Source: Nymphaea colorata
Taxonomy: Eukaryota
Length of the DNA: 64,000 bases
Assembly (NCBI RefSeq): GCF_008831285.2
Contig: NC_045138.2
Coordinates: 10,416,001 to 10,480,000, forward strand
Direction: 5' to 3'
Shown here piece after piece: positions 39,411-53,266 of the stretch. Position numbers and translations under genes: made by a program. The notes under the pieces are model-generated. The model ran no database searches and was not told where the DNA came from. It saw only the letters and a list, made by a program, of their open reading frames with translations. Every line of letters starts with the position of its first letter. The first letter of the stretch is position 1.

Positions 39411-42400
39411 CAGTCTTTTGGGGTTTACAAGTCAATGAAAACTTTGGCTAGTAGAAGTGATCTGTGGTTTGACGGGGACAGTTGCAGCATCTCTTTGGCG
39501 AAAGTGTATTCAGCATCTCTTTTGTAGCTGAAATAATAGCAGCAAAATATGGATTGAGACTGCTGTAACAGTGTGCTATACGATTTCCTTTGGCAGGTCA
39601 AGATTTCCCTTTTCAGTTGGCATGTCTGAGTTGTGCACATAAATGTCGTCTCAGCACATGTAAGCGTTCATGACTAGAACAGGTAGCATCCTCCTTTGTT
39701 TTCTGCGCCTTGATGCCAACCTGTGTATTTGACATCAGCAGATAACCGGGATTAGAATAGTCGGGATTGCTCATCCTTTGTATATCTAGGATAGGTGTTT
39801 TTCCTTTTTCATTTGAGTGGTGCGAGTACATTATACGCTGAGAGGTGTACATTTTGTGCATACAGATGATGTATAGTTAGTGAAAGATAGTGATATTTCC
39901 ATTTCATAAAACTATGGCCCGGCTTTTTCTGTTGTCTCTTGTATGCCGTTACCTTTTGTATATCTGATAAACTTTCGCCTTCTGGTGAAATGAAGTTTCA
40001 TGTTACCAAACTTCCACAAACTCCTTAGAACCTTTTTAAGATTTATTTATGCACTCTCGATTCGTTTAAAAGTTACTCGGTCATATTGATAAACTATACG
40101 ACACAAACATTATTGGGAGACCAACCATCATCTTTGAATTTTTGCACCTGGACTAAATGGTTCTTGGAAATGTAACTTGGCCAATTCTATCATGAACGTG
40201 GCAAAACATTGCAAATAATTTCCGTCTCTATAAAGCAATAACAATAAGTGACTAACGGCTCAATTTGTTTTTATGCTTACGCCAACGCACGTACATCTAG
40301 CATTTATCTGATTTAACTGTTTCAGAAAAACTGAATTTGAAACCTTACCTTTAGCGTCTCTTTCATTTTACTCGTTCTTCAGTTGTAAGTTTTTCCTTTT
40401 CTATCAATTGAATGGGTGGATGCTCGTCTTCGTGACTTTGTTGTCATTTCATTGTATTATTTGGTTTGCTTTGGTCTTCTTTCTTTCCATTATTGTTCTT
40501 CATTTGAAGTTTTGAGTTGATTGGACATCTCATAATATTAGCTACACATTGAGTATTTGATTTGGTTATTTTCATTGAAATTGTTTTCGTTATATGGAAA
40601 ATCATCTAGTTAGGGTTCTTTGCTTATTTATTCACATTTTGCTGTTTCGTTCAACACATGCTTCTGTTCTGAATTTTGTCAGTCGACTTTCATAACATGT
40701 TCTGGTTAATCGACTTCTCTTTCCTATAATAAATCCTGCTAGATCATATTGGCAATTTATGTTGATTGATGGTTTCTATTTATCGAAGATTTTGCTATAT
40801 CTATTTTTGTAACTAGTCGTGTACTCTCCCTCTCTCTCCTATGGATTTTTTTTTCGGCGCCATACCAGTTTGCATAATGCCAAGTACTGGCCAGGATTAC
40901 CCTAATTTTCAATTTTATGAATTAAAAAATATTAAAAGATTTTTAAATTGATTTTAAAATGAAAACAATTAAAAATAAAAAAACCCTATATTCACCTTGC
41001 ATCGTATACGACACATATGGGCCAGTATTATCCAATATGCATCAATATTAACATGGCAGAACAGTTTAGATATAAACTGGTTCTCGGCGTTCAGACAGGA
41101 ATCTGCAAATGAAGAACAAGCAGAAGTAGGACATTGTAAAATGGCTAGCCAGAATTAGCACAGCCGTCCTTCACTCCTTTTTTTTATCCGAGATAAACCA
41201 GAAAAGATGTCACTTTACCTTTCCGCAGAACATTTTTATAGTTTGGAGAGCAGATTTATATAGACGTTGCTGCTGCTAGATGAGATGGAGCCCCAACATA
41301 GCAACCATGTTGGGGTTGATAATGGGCTCCTGAATCCTCAGATTCAATTCGATTTGAGTTTCTATGAATTATTATGTTGTAACACATGCAACTAAGATGA
41401 TGTGCGAGGCAAATTAGCTCCTGCCAACCATGACAGATTTTGGGACTTGTTAATCCTCCATCAAAAAACAGACGACTAAAACTTACAGAAAGCAGCAATG
41501 GAAGTTCTTAGTCCACTGGGCATGCGGATGCCTGTAGACAAGATGCTTCTTGTGGTGATGTCTTCTCACGAATTTGAGCTGCAATTGTGTTTAGCATGAT
41601 CTATGAGCTCCGGATCGATCAGCCTTTCCTTTTCTGTTAGAACGGAAAAAATGGATCCTCTTTGGAGAGTAAACCCTAGTCAGCCCACAGGACCATGCTT
41701 CATTTGGACGCTGCCGTGAGAGTAGAAGGTGCAGCAGGACACCTTCACCCAAATGTGATGGACCATGCCTCGCCCGGAAATTATGCAGGGGCCTCTAACA
41801 GTCTTTTATATCTTAGATGAATAGACGAGTTTGGTCTATAGGCATTTTCTTCTATAAACAGCACCAAGTGCCTTTTCACCCGTTGGATCCAAGGAAATGA
41901 AAAAATTTTCAAAACCACACTCAGGTTTTGATAGAAATAACGATTGATTTCCTTTATTCAAGCTTTTAAATCACATATGAAACTAACAATTCAATTAAAA
42001 AAAAACACAAATTTAAGGTTAAGTGCAGATGTTTTGCTTGTGAAAACCAACCTGGTTTTTTAACCAGTTTTTCGAACCTAGTTTGTATGTTTGAGTGACA
42101 AGACCAAAAATACATTTTTTTATATAAAAGAAAAAACTTGGGGGCAATATCCTTCACCAAATATTGTTTTGTCAAAATTAGGTTTTTCACATACAAGGTT
42201 CGACCATATCGCGTGGACACCTGAACACAGACAAACCATACACCTACACCCCCCGAACAAACCTTACACTTAAAATACACCCTAAATTGCATTTAGAGAG
42301 AAGTATAACTGGCATTTAGCACAAAAACACAATAAAGGGCACATTCTACTGTATCATCTCAATGCTCTCCCTCTCTCTCGACGTGATCCCCCTTAATCAC

Positions 42401-43800
42401 CCAACACCGCTCGGACGCCACGATTTACATCATTGCTTCGGAGTCCCACCATCTCTCCACCTATGGAGGTGGTGGCTGTATCTCTTCCTTTTCCTTTTGG
42501 ACAGCAGGTGGTTTTTACTCTTCAGATATTTGTGAAAAATCTGAGGCGTTCATTCATCAAGCTATAAAAGATGCAACCTGATTGCATGATCAGCTTCACC
42601 ACATATATACATTACAATGTATCATCGACGCCAGCAACTTGAGGTAGGCTATGAAACTATATATGTCACAGAGTAAACAGAGTCCACACTCAATCTCAAA
42701 GAAATCGCCTCTTCAGAACAAAGCGGCTCAGAGTCATCGGTTGAACTTTTATTGATAACAGTAAAAAGTACCAGTTACAGTTCCGTGGAGATTTTATTAG
42801 GAAATACTGTTACAAAGTTTTATACAGGCAGGCTACGCATTTTGTAGAAGTTCTAATTATTCTCATCAAACATTTACCCTCTCCACTAAAAGCAAAACAA
42901 GTCACCACGTTTTAATCAGCTTTGCTTACAGTAAATGACGTCTCTTGGTCTCTCTTCATTCTGCAAGACGGTTGATGAGTCGGAAACGGATTTTTCAGCT
43001 GCTGTAGCTCGGGACTCATTATCGTCCTGATCACGGAAAACGGACGCAAAAGACGAAGGATTGTAAGTGGAACCCTCTCGTCTCAGCCCTTGTATTGTCC
43101 TGATTGCTGCCAGAGTACTCCGGTAAATTTCAATGGTGTTTCCATGAAGATTACCGCAGCCTCGGTGGAGTTCGAGTTATCAGTCTGCTCAGCATGTGTC
43201 TTGAGGTTCAGCAACCTCTGCCTCCAGGGGGAAAAGAAGTTGAAGATTGTCTTCACATTCATGGACAAGCCTGGTAAGGGGCTCCGTGGTGAAGAATGGT
43301 TGATGCAGAGCACGCTGTGTGAATGGTAGGCGCAATAGTGCCCCTGTTCTCTTGTCATACTTTTTCAAAATTTTCAGAATACCTATAAATGGTAGTTCTT
43401 TTAGGCACCACTACTAGATGACTTTTATAGCTAAAGTAAGAAAGAGCAAGCACTTCCTATGAAGTTGAGGGAGCTATAGTTCTCCAAAAGTACCATTTCC
43501 CCATGGATGGCAACATAGTCATTTCTGATGACTATCATCTCCTCAGGAACTCACTCTCAAACGTCAAATCACCGTTACCATGAGTTTTCTGTTTCTGCCA
43601 TTCAATCCTTTCCTTTCCTTCAGCTCCTGGGAATGGAAAAGAAATAAAAACACAAATGAACTTAAAACCTTTTTCCTGTTTGCTAGTTTCCAAATGATTT
43701 TCATGGTAGGAAGTCAGAGGTTGTCTGTAGAACTATATAGAAATAGAATCCTCTTCAAAGACCAAACTTATAAAACTCAAACTCAAAATCACCATATTTG

Positions 43801-44269
43801 CTAAGTCACATGGGTACTTCAGTAAGGTTCATGTACTCGTGCTGCCGTACCCGTACCTAAAATGGGTACTTTGACACTTGGGTACCTATAGATCCAAACT
43901 GCTTAATTTTACTTTTGATTTAATTTTTTTCACTTTACTTTTTATTCTATTCTTTGGATGTGAAAATTCGATTGATGTTCATATTTGACTAGGGAGCTGC
44001 TCGGTTGTCCATATATTTAATGTTTTTCATATGTTTCTTAAACATACTATTGCAAGAGCCGTTGATATATATTTTCTATGTTATTTATTTGTTTATGTTG
44101 ATGTATATTCTTTATTTTGATACATATTTTCTAAGTATTTTTTATTGTTTATATATATATATATATATATACGGCCGTACCCCCACACCCAAGTTTTTTG
44201 AAAATGGTCAGTACTTGTACCCTCACCAATACCCGCACCAGCACTCGTACCCGTACCTATGTAACATAG
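43801..44269. mobile_element. hAT-like MITE in SPX intron 1
   Basis: TIRs CTAAGTCACATGGGTAC / GTACCTATGTAACATAG; perfect 8-bp TSD CATATTTG at 43793-43800 and 44270-44277. Confidence 0.92.
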
Positions 44270-44695
44270 CATATTTGTGATAATTTGCCAGAGTGATATT
44301 AATGTTTACTTCATACAACGTCCTGCACGGATCGTATAATTTGTCCATACTCCAGAGTTTCTATAGAGCTAGAGAAAATAGAAAATTGATTTTTAAAAAT
44401 AATCGCTCAATAGAATAGAGAACCAAAAATAAAATAAAAAACCGCAGTTCGGTGTTGGGAATTGAAAAGTTGTAACTTTGTGCTTTGTGGACATAAACAT
44501 CAAAAGATTGACAATGCAATAGTCACGAAAATTTTGGTCGTACAAGAATGAGGAGAGACTTCATATAATGAATGTGACAAAATACGATGACTACTGAAAA
44601 GCTAGAATGATGCTATAATTCACCAATAGATCCAATTATTGAAATATTAGAAATATGGTGAAGATGCCATAGGAAAATCAAGCAAATCCACCAAG

Positions 44696-45209
44696 CCAAC
44701 ATTTTCACAATGTACGACCAAGGTGATATTATATATACATTACAAAGACATAAATGTCTGTGCACATGGCGATAACATCAAAAGATGTTTGCAGTTGCTT
44801 TCAAGACTAGGCATCCACAAGATAATCCTCATGTACACGTAAACCTATTTTCTTATAACTTTTTGGGACTTGAAAGATCAATTTGTGCCATGAAAATATA
44901 ATGAGATGTCCTCCGCAGCCACCTATCTGCCATGTTTTTCCCATATAATGTTATAGGAAATTTACCAGACCAACATTTTCACCATGTACCATCAAGGTGA
45001 TAATACATCAAAGACATAAAGGTTTGTGCATATGTAGGTAACATCAAATTACCTTCTTAGTTCTTTGCAAGGCTACGCATCCACAAGAGAGATCTCCATG
45101 TCTTTCAAGCAAACCCACTTCTTACAAATATTTGGGACTTGAAAGACAAGTTTGTGTTCATGAAAATACGACGAAATATCCTTGGCAGCCACCAGTCCGC
45201 CATGTGTTT
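44696..45209. repeat. Diverged ~270-bp tandem duplication in SPX intron 1
   Basis: CCAACATTTTCAC(A/C)ATGTAC...GCATCCACAAGA...TTTGGGACTTGAAAGA...GCAGCCACC...GCCATGT appears at 44696 and 44970. Confidence 0.85.
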
Positions 45210-47460
45210 TGTACATAGAAGAAAACATGAAGTTAAAAAAGACGTTCGTAAGAGGGTTCACGAAATATGTGGATTAAAGACGTATAAGGACCATGTGAAC
45301 TGATTATTGTTCAATTGAGATTTCACAAGGCACCATGTGTAAATTTATTTATTTTTAAATATAATTGTCATTTATCTTTAATTTTACATGCGATACTTTA
45401 TGGACCAGTGTGGCAATTTACGGATCATCAAATAACAAATTCAACACTTTATGAGAAGTATAGTACTCACGTAATGTCCAACCCGTTCCTCCTGAACAGA
45501 AAACATCTAGCATTATAATTCAGTTCCATCACAAAAGAGCACCGTTTACTGCATCAACTAGACCGGCCAATAATTAGAGTTCATCTGATACGGTAGCTCT
45601 AAGGAGTAATTCGAATATAATTCATGAACTGCTAAGCAATTGGTCTCCACTTTCCTTTCCTGGTCAAATTGAGTAATTTAATTCATGGAAGGAATATGGT
45701 CTTGCAGTTTCTCAATGATCTCAAATACAGTTAGGGGGGTCTTTCTATCCCAGTAGCTACCCAAATTCAAGACCATTCTAAGGATCAGAAGGGTGAAATT
45801 TGTTCTGATTTTTCTAGATGTAGTTACTCATGCGCCCAAATTATAAGCATGCATTGCATGAAAGAAAAAGGATGGTGCTGCAAAGAACTATACCCAAATG
45901 ATCATTTCACAATGAAAGCACCACCACGGCAGCGTTTTGCTAGTCTAATGGCAACCAGAGCAGGAACGAATTCAAAATCGAAGCTCGATCTATGAAGTAA
46001 TTCATGACAATCTTTGAGGAAACTCTAATCCATTAACATTTCAAGAATGCAACAAAATCCAAAATCTCCCGACCCAATAAGAAAACAAAGATAACAAAAA
46101 GAAAACCGGATGGAAAAAGGAGAAAAAAAAGAAAAGAAGAGCCAAATAATTACCTGCAACCGAATGATGAACTCCTCCTCCTTATCAACGTAAAAGTCAT
46201 TGAACTTCTCCAACTCGCGATCAAGAAGGCCCACGAACCACTCCTCCAGAGTCGAAAGCCTAATTCCGTCGCCTCCGAGCCCATCCAACATATGCCCGGG
46301 CTCAACGCCATTCCCGGCGGACCGGGGAACGGAGGAAGCCGATCCGTTGACGTTAAAGCCGTCGTAGAAACCGGCCGACCCAGCAGGGTCGGCAACGGCA
46401 ATCTGCTTGAGGAGCTTCTTGAGGGGCTTGTAGCAGAGAAACTTGTCCCGCCAGTCCGGCAACGTCTGCACCAGGTGCGTGCCGAACTCCTTCCCGAACT
46501 TCATCGTCTCTTCTCTTCACCCCAGCAAAGAGGCGGAATCACCCTTCCCCACCCGTCCAGAAACCCTAACCCCAACCTTTGCTCCCGTCCGCCGCCCCGT
46601 ACATGCACAGTCGCGGCCTTCCGGCGGCAACGGAGACCGCGAAGCTAGCGAGTGGAAGACGAATGGGATCGTGCGCTCCAACACCCGCCATTTTTCTTCT
46701 TTTCTTCCTTTTCTGACAAGTGGACTTGGCGACCCAAGGTGTCCCACTCCCACTCTTGGTGGATTTAGACCTGAACCCCAACCAACGAAAGGACGCCCTC
46801 AAATGGGTCTCTCGGGTCCTGGGATTTGAGATCCATCATTTTGAAGAAGGATCAAATCAAATGGTCTGCATGAGATTCGTGTACCGAACCACTTCGTTTG
46901 ATGAGTTAACGGATCTGAGATCCTGAAAAAGGACTCAGATCAGACGCCCTTCCAAGCGAGCTGAGATCTTTGGATTCTAAGTGTTGAAAGATCTATCTAA
47001 ACTTCATGCCCGAGACACCAAGATCCAGAGCTGACCATTGGGTTTGAGATCCTTGGGCTACAGATTTGACTTAACATTTATGCACTACAGCTGGTGTGCG
47101 AATTGCATTTTAAGATTTGATTTCTTTCAATTCGAATATTTGGATTTTCAGGCTTCTGCGGATTTAGCTACTGAGAGGGTGGGTCGTCGTTGGCGTCTGC
47201 GATGAGCCGATGCTCGTCAAGAAAGAGATTGATTTTCCTTAAGGTTCCTCCGGTTTTCTTGCTTGGTGTCTGTGGATGTCTCTTTTTTTTTTTTCTCCTG
47301 AGAAGTTCTGGCTGATGCTGGTAATTAGGTTTCTCTAGGTTTAGGTGCTAGAATGAATTGTTAGAATGTTAACATTTTCCTTTGCAGCTGTCGGAGTTGA
47401 TCCAACCGATTGAGGTGCTGTTCATGATTACATCAACGTCGGTTCTCTACCTGAAAAATA

Positions 47461-47669
47461 TAGTTTCTTGTTTTTTACCAGTGCTTAGTTTTTCGTTTGG
47501 GTTGTCTAGATTTGCTTGGTGTTAACTTAATAGTTTCTTGTTTTTTACTGGTACTTGGTTTTTCGTTCGGGTTGTCTGGATTTGCTTGGTGTTAACTTAA
47601 TAGTTTCTTGTTTCTTACCGGTACTTAGTTCTCGTTTGGGTTGTCTAGATTTGCTTGATGTTAAATTAA
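47461..47669. repeat. 70-bp tandem repeat x3
   Basis: TAGTTTCTTGTTTTTTAC...GATTTGCTTGGTGTTAACTTAA starts at 47461, 47531 and 47601. Confidence 0.95.
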
Positions 47670-49893
47670 TTCCCTTGTGTCGAATGAATCAGTTATCATC
47701 ACTTCTTTTTTTCCGTTTTCAAAACACCATGCTACTTAACATGGTTAAACATGTTAATGCAATGAACTTGCTTTTGTTGCTCTCATTTCTTACTTATTTC
47801 CAAAGTTTGTGCATGTCCTTTTTTTCAGTGAATAAAATGAAAGGGCGTAGTAACCCACTTGTAGAAGTTATCTATAAGCGGATGGTAACTATTACAGAAT
47901 AGTAAATTGCTGAAGAGCTAGGCAACGCTTAGTGTTAAGCACTTCTCAGAGTCGAACTTCAATCATGCCATGGAATTGAACAAGGTTTTAGAAAGTGCAT
48001 TTCTTTTAGAGATTCTATTTGTCTTTCATGTTATTTATGCCTGTTTAGTAATTTGTTGGGATCTATTAGTACAAAGTTTGAAAAGCAAAATTTGGAAGAA
48101 AATGGTTTAGGCAAAAGAATAAATGTGAATTTGTGGGTGTTTAAGATTTGATATCGGTTTTAGAATTTCACCTCGGGGCCAAAGCATACATTTCATGCAC
48201 TGAACATGCAACGTGCACTTCATAAGAAGTTCTTTTCATGCTTGGTAGCAGTTACCTCATGTTCAAGCCGGTCCTTCTATAATTTGCTGAGAAGTGCTTA
48301 ATAAGTAGCAAGTAGAAACACTAAATATGTGCTGTAATGTCTAAAAGTGTCAAGGAAGTCATATTGGACCATATGCACATGAGTATGTGCACAGAAGCCA
48401 TTATGGGTATGAGCAGTGGCAACATTAGAATTCAAAAATTCCAACATCCTCAATTCATTTATTAGGTTCTCTTCCTTTTAGTTTCTCTTTGTCTGAGCAC
48501 ATATGACGAGGAAAACAAGATTTTTCGTTAAAAATTTGTCATCAATATTTAGGGTGTCTTAGAACTAACTGTATGTTTAAACTTTAAAGGACTTGTTTGA
48601 GTAAATAAATTTACCTCTTTTTTGTGCCGACCTATTTGCAATCCTATTATGAAGACAAGCACAGAAAAATTACTTGATTCATGTATTTATCGCATGTCTA
48701 CTGTCCCATAGCCCCATTTGTTTATTTGTGCACTGCTATGCTTTGACCGTTGATTTGTTGAAGAGTAGTATGTCCTTCGGCTAAAAATTTCTGGCTCCGC
48801 TATTGGTGCAAGCCAGCTACTAGCTGTGTTGCACAACTCAACTCAAAACCACAAGCCACAGGACAAACCCTCATGTCTTTGGCCTTGAGAAATCAACAGC
48901 GCGATCGAAATCAGCTCAACCATACTCTAGAAGTGGGACGAATGAGACTAATGACTGTTATCTTGTGCCTTGATTGTTAACAAACTCTAAAATTTCCTTG
49001 CATGTAAATGCTAATAAGTATTCTACATGCGTGAAGAATATATAGGAGAACATCTACATGCATGAAGAATATATAGGAGAGCATGAACTTGAATCAGCAC
49101 AAGTGCATGGCCGATACCTGAGCCAATTGGAGCTTGGTTCAAGTCAAAGTAGGAGTAGGTCAATCACTGTGTCAACTATGGGTTTAAATATGTATTCGGT
49201 TGCATTATGGACCCTGAATTTATTAGGAAAATAAATACCCACCTAGATTGGGCATAAGAGCTGGTCCATAGCCAAGATTAGATTTAGTCAAAATACCTAT
49301 GCTACAATTGAAAAAAAAATGGTTAAATTGGATGCCAAAGGAAAAGTCTAATATGGCTAACTCGGAAAAGTATAAGATGGTCCAAAGTATTAAAGGATGA
49401 TGTTTTTAAAGAGAAAAAAATAAAATTTAAAGAAGTGAAAATTGACTTTAAAAATGGTTCAAGAATAATTACCAGCAGAAACTCTGCCCAAAGGAAGTAG
49501 CTTTGGCATCTTGAAGGTGACCAAGGACAAAATGGTCATTTATCACCAAACTTTTTAGGGGTCTTAGGTTCATAGAAGATCAAAACAGTGCTAATGAAGC
49601 TAACCCAACCTTTGGTATGGATGGATTCATGTGGCACTCTTAAAGTATCTTTGTTGCCAAACCACCTCTAAAGAGTATTTGGCCGCTTGAGCATCATAAT
49701 TTTAAGAGAATTTAGATTATGGTGGCTAGATTATAAGCAAAGTTCGGCGAAAATTTAACACGCGATTGTGTCTTACCGTCACGTTATTGTATTGACTAAG
49801 CTGAGTTATTAAAATAAAAAATAAAAAGCAAAGTTGTATTTCTTTTGACGCACTGGAATAGCGTTTGAGGGCTAAAAAAACAAAGAAAGACAT

Positions 49894-50058
49894 AGCCTAG
49901 CTGGTCGGACTGGTGTAATGGTGAGAAGCTATCCCGCAATTTGATTTCTATGTGCATGGGGTCGATGCCGTTATACTCGTGCTCAGGTCTTACTCGGGCA
50001 GTGAAACGTTCCTTCCACTAATCCAAATTCAACCATTTTAAAAGTAAAAACAAAACCA
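49894..50058 (+). mobile_element. Possible tRNA-derived SINE
   Basis: Box A-like TGGTGTAATGG 49911-49921; box B-like GGGTCGATGCC 49959-49969; A-rich tail about 50040-50055; A-rich 5' flank. No good cloverleaf. Confidence 0.4.
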
Positions 50059-50114
50059 CAGCTGTATTAGATAGATAAATTTAGATTTATGTTTCATATG
50101 GGTTTAGATACAGA

Positions 50115-50332
50115 CAGGAGCGGAGGGAGGGGGGGGGGCGCCTACTCCGTGGCTCCACCCTAGCTAACTAAAAAGAAAAATACATTAAAAAATTTTAAAA
50201 AAATTTAGTTGTTTAATGTATTTTTTGTATTCTCATTTAGTTTGGCCCTACCCGGATAAATTCGTTGGACCGTTTGACCCGGTTGAATGATCGTTTGGCC
50301 CACCCCTGAAAAAAATTTTAGCTCCGCCCCTA
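50115..50332. mobile_element. Short MITE with (C/T)AGG(A/G)GCGGAG termini
   Basis: CAGGAGCGGAG ... CTCCGCCCCTA inverted ends around an AT-rich core. Related degenerate copies appear near 13945-14090, 51130-51290 and 52060-52400. Confidence 0.55.
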
Positions 50333-53050
50333 AATATACAAACAAGTTCAATGCAGCGAAGAGTCAGTACAACAAAAGCTTGCAAATTAACGGGCATTTT
50401 GTGCCGACCAACCCATTTGCAAACTCACTAGAAAGATTTATCACTACAAAACAAGCATTATTGCCAATAAATCTTTATTTTGCTGCATATATTGACAAAC
50501 TCGTTTATGCCTTTATATCTGGAAATTTATTTTTTGGTGTTATCTTTCGGTTGTCTCCATTTATGTGTTAGATGTGTTCAACAATTTCCCGTACATATGT
50601 GAAATTGGTGAAAGCGGCCAAGAAGATGAAACAGCAAGACAGGATTACCTGGTGGGTGTCATGACCAAAGTGACAAGTCATGGCATTCAATTGAAGGCCC
50701 TATTAGGCATTGAAAATACATCCTTTCTTTCATAAATGATCAATATAGACTCCAACAGCCACACTTTGGTAACGTTTGTATTTCAAATCCCTTAACAACT
50801 AGCCTGGAGTACTTGGTTGTGCTAATGGTCTGGTTGTCAGTTCCATTTCTATGAGAACTGAGAATTGCCCCTATGAACGGCAAGGAGTGGATGTGTTGCA
50901 CATTAGTTGATTGTTGTTTCGAGATCCTCAAACATCCCTAAACCTTTGGCGGCAGGAAGAAAAGGGTGTGGTTTTCATTTCTCATTGAATTACCAACTCC
51001 ATGAACAACTTGTTTAGGTCAGTTGTGGTCAATAATCAATGTGGTTATCTATTTGGCCATATGACATGTTCAATGATTTAGGCATCTACGTACTACAAAA
51101 CTTAAAATTGTAAAATTTTGTTGTCACATGATGATCCAAAACCCATTACCCACCCCTCCCTTTCAAAAAAATTATTTTGAAAAATTACATATAAATTTTG
51201 AAAAAAAAATCATTTATCCTGTAAAAAAATTTGAAATGATATTTTATAATTTGCGTCTCTCTCGTGACAAAAAAATCTGACTCTGCTCCTTATTGTAAAC
51301 ACTTAAAGATTGAAGCAATGTGTGTTCAGGTTAAACTATATAGGAGAAATGCATTGTAAAAGAACAAAACCAAAAGTAAAAAAAAAAAACCCATCTGCAA
51401 AAGATCGATCGCTTCTTTTTTTCTCTGAAACAAAAACACAAGGTGGTGGTGGAGGCCTACAGCATGTGGATGTGAGTCTTCTTCGATGTGATATTTATTT
51501 GGAAGTCACTTCCACATAAAAAAACAGATTACACTTAAGGACACACATACCCTTGCCACTATATACGTTAAAAGATATCATGTCATATGAAAACATGAGG
51601 CCAATGAAGATTGAAACATGAGATACATTTGGCAAATTATCAATCGCACATACAAATATGACATATTCTTAATGTGCAAAACCGTAAAAGAAAAGGTAAA
51701 TAAGCTTTTGTGTGTGCATATATATATATATATATATACAAAAGCTTATTTACCTTTTCTTTTACATATACATATATATATGCTGCACAAAGAGAATCTT
51801 CCTTCATCTTTCATGTTGCCGTTATCAACATGGGTTAGTTTGAGAATAAAGAAAAATGAAAAAGGATAACCTTTTGCCCAATGATAATGGACCGTTGGAG
51901 GAAAGAACTTGTGTTTGTAACGGAGAGTATCGAATCTTTGGCAAAATAATAACGCAATTTGCAAGAAGAATTAATGCGCGAAATAAACATGATGAGAAAA
52001 AAATTAAAATTTGGGGTCCCACCCACATGACATACTCTTGTAAATTACAAGAACATTCTTGGGGGCGGTGTTAGAAGTTTTTGACTAAGGAGCACTATTA
52101 ATGCATCAAAAAATTTAAAGGCGCAGAGGCAAAAGGGGCCGCAACGGCCATGGCTCCCTTCATATTTTTAAAATATAAAAAATTACTTATAAATTTTAAA
52201 ACATAATTTAAACTATATAAAAATTTAAAAAAAGTTATATTTTGGCTCTTTTTAAAATTTTGAAACTATAGAATAACCCATGTAATGGAAAATTCCTAGC
52301 TTTGCCCCTGTTCATATGTAAATAATGTAACAACTAGTGGCATCAATACGAAAATATTCAAATTTATGTGGCCTGGATCTTACGTGACTCCTCCATTGGT
52401 ATGTTCGGATAATAGTCAAAACTAGTTTTTTGAAACAAAAATGCGTCTCATGCAAGGTTCATCTTTTCAATAGAAACACAAACCAAGATCTAAAATCTCA
52501 TCAAAAACAAAGTTTTAACACTTGAAGCGATGTTTTCTAAATGTCATCCAATCCTACCCTTAAGACTCTGTCGTAAGCATCTAAAATCACTAGTCATGCA
52601 CAATGTGACTCCTTGTGAAACCGTGTTCTATTTTTAAGTATGTTTAACCATTTTTAGAAATTTTCTTATCTTTAATTAATTTTTGTGGTTGATTCCTTAA
52701 AAGGACTTCAAATAACAACGATCTAAATACAGGCAAAATGAATTAGACGAAAAAAGTTGACTTAAAGAAACAGAAATCTCAAGAAAACTTTTCCGGGAAA
52801 CACTTTTCCAATCACCGCTTTACCTGCCCTTTTCATTTAAAAGGGAAATTGAGGGGGGAAAAAAGGCTTTAAAAAATAATTAAAAAAAAGGAGAGGATGA
52901 CAAAAGAAAAGGAGGATTCGCCAGCCAGCCAGCCAGCCGGGCAGGAGGAGAGGGTTTGTTATGGAGGAGGGACCAGCGGGTGAGCGGGGCCCACAACCTT
53001 CTCCAGCTGTATGGCACGAGGCGGTCAGCCAACCTGTCAACCACGGGCAG

Positions 53051-53125
53051 CCAATGGTGAGCAAGCGGCCGAGCGTTTAACCCACGGTCACGGGCAGCCT
53101 TCCTCAGCCATCCCCGCCCTATAAA
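53051..53125 (+). promoter_or_regulatory. AG-peptide gene promoter: CCAAT and TATA
   Basis: CCAAT 53051-53055 and TATAAA 53120-53125, followed by a CT-rich leader and the ATG at 53267. Confidence 0.6.
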
Positions 53126-53266
53126 AGCCCCTCCTCTTCCCACCTAAAACCCTCGCCCCTTCTTCCCTCTCTGCAAACTAAACTCCCTTACCTTCTCTTA
53201 GAAAGCCAAAGCCCTCTCCGCCTTTTCTCCCTTTTGTTTCTCTCCTTCAACCAGAAAGAAAAAGAA

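Larger units (their letters stand above)
42916..46504 (-). pseudogene. SPX4: SPX domain-containing protein 4-like gene, apparently disrupted
   Basis: Exon 1 46504-46154 is intact (MKFGKEF...YKPLKKLLK...ELEKFNDFYVDKEEEFIIRLQ). Exon 2 43626-43457 (ELKER...[16 protein letters not shown]). Exon 3 43382-42916 ([11 protein letters not shown]...QPFFTTEPL...IYRSTLAAIRTIQGLR...STYNP). Lesions: 5-bp duplication near 43607-43616 giving TGA at 43564-43566, a 1-bp loss later in exon 2, GA instead of GT at the exon 2 donor, and in-frame stops at 43177-43191. Confidence 0.88.

Noticed and set aside
47461..47669. 70-bp repeats as a CRISPR array
   Set aside because: The whole unit is repeated with no variable spacer, and the context is eukaryotic.
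49894..49975. Functional tRNA gene
   Set aside because: Box A/B-like motifs are present, but I cannot fold a proper acceptor and anticodon stem. Kept only as a possible SINE.
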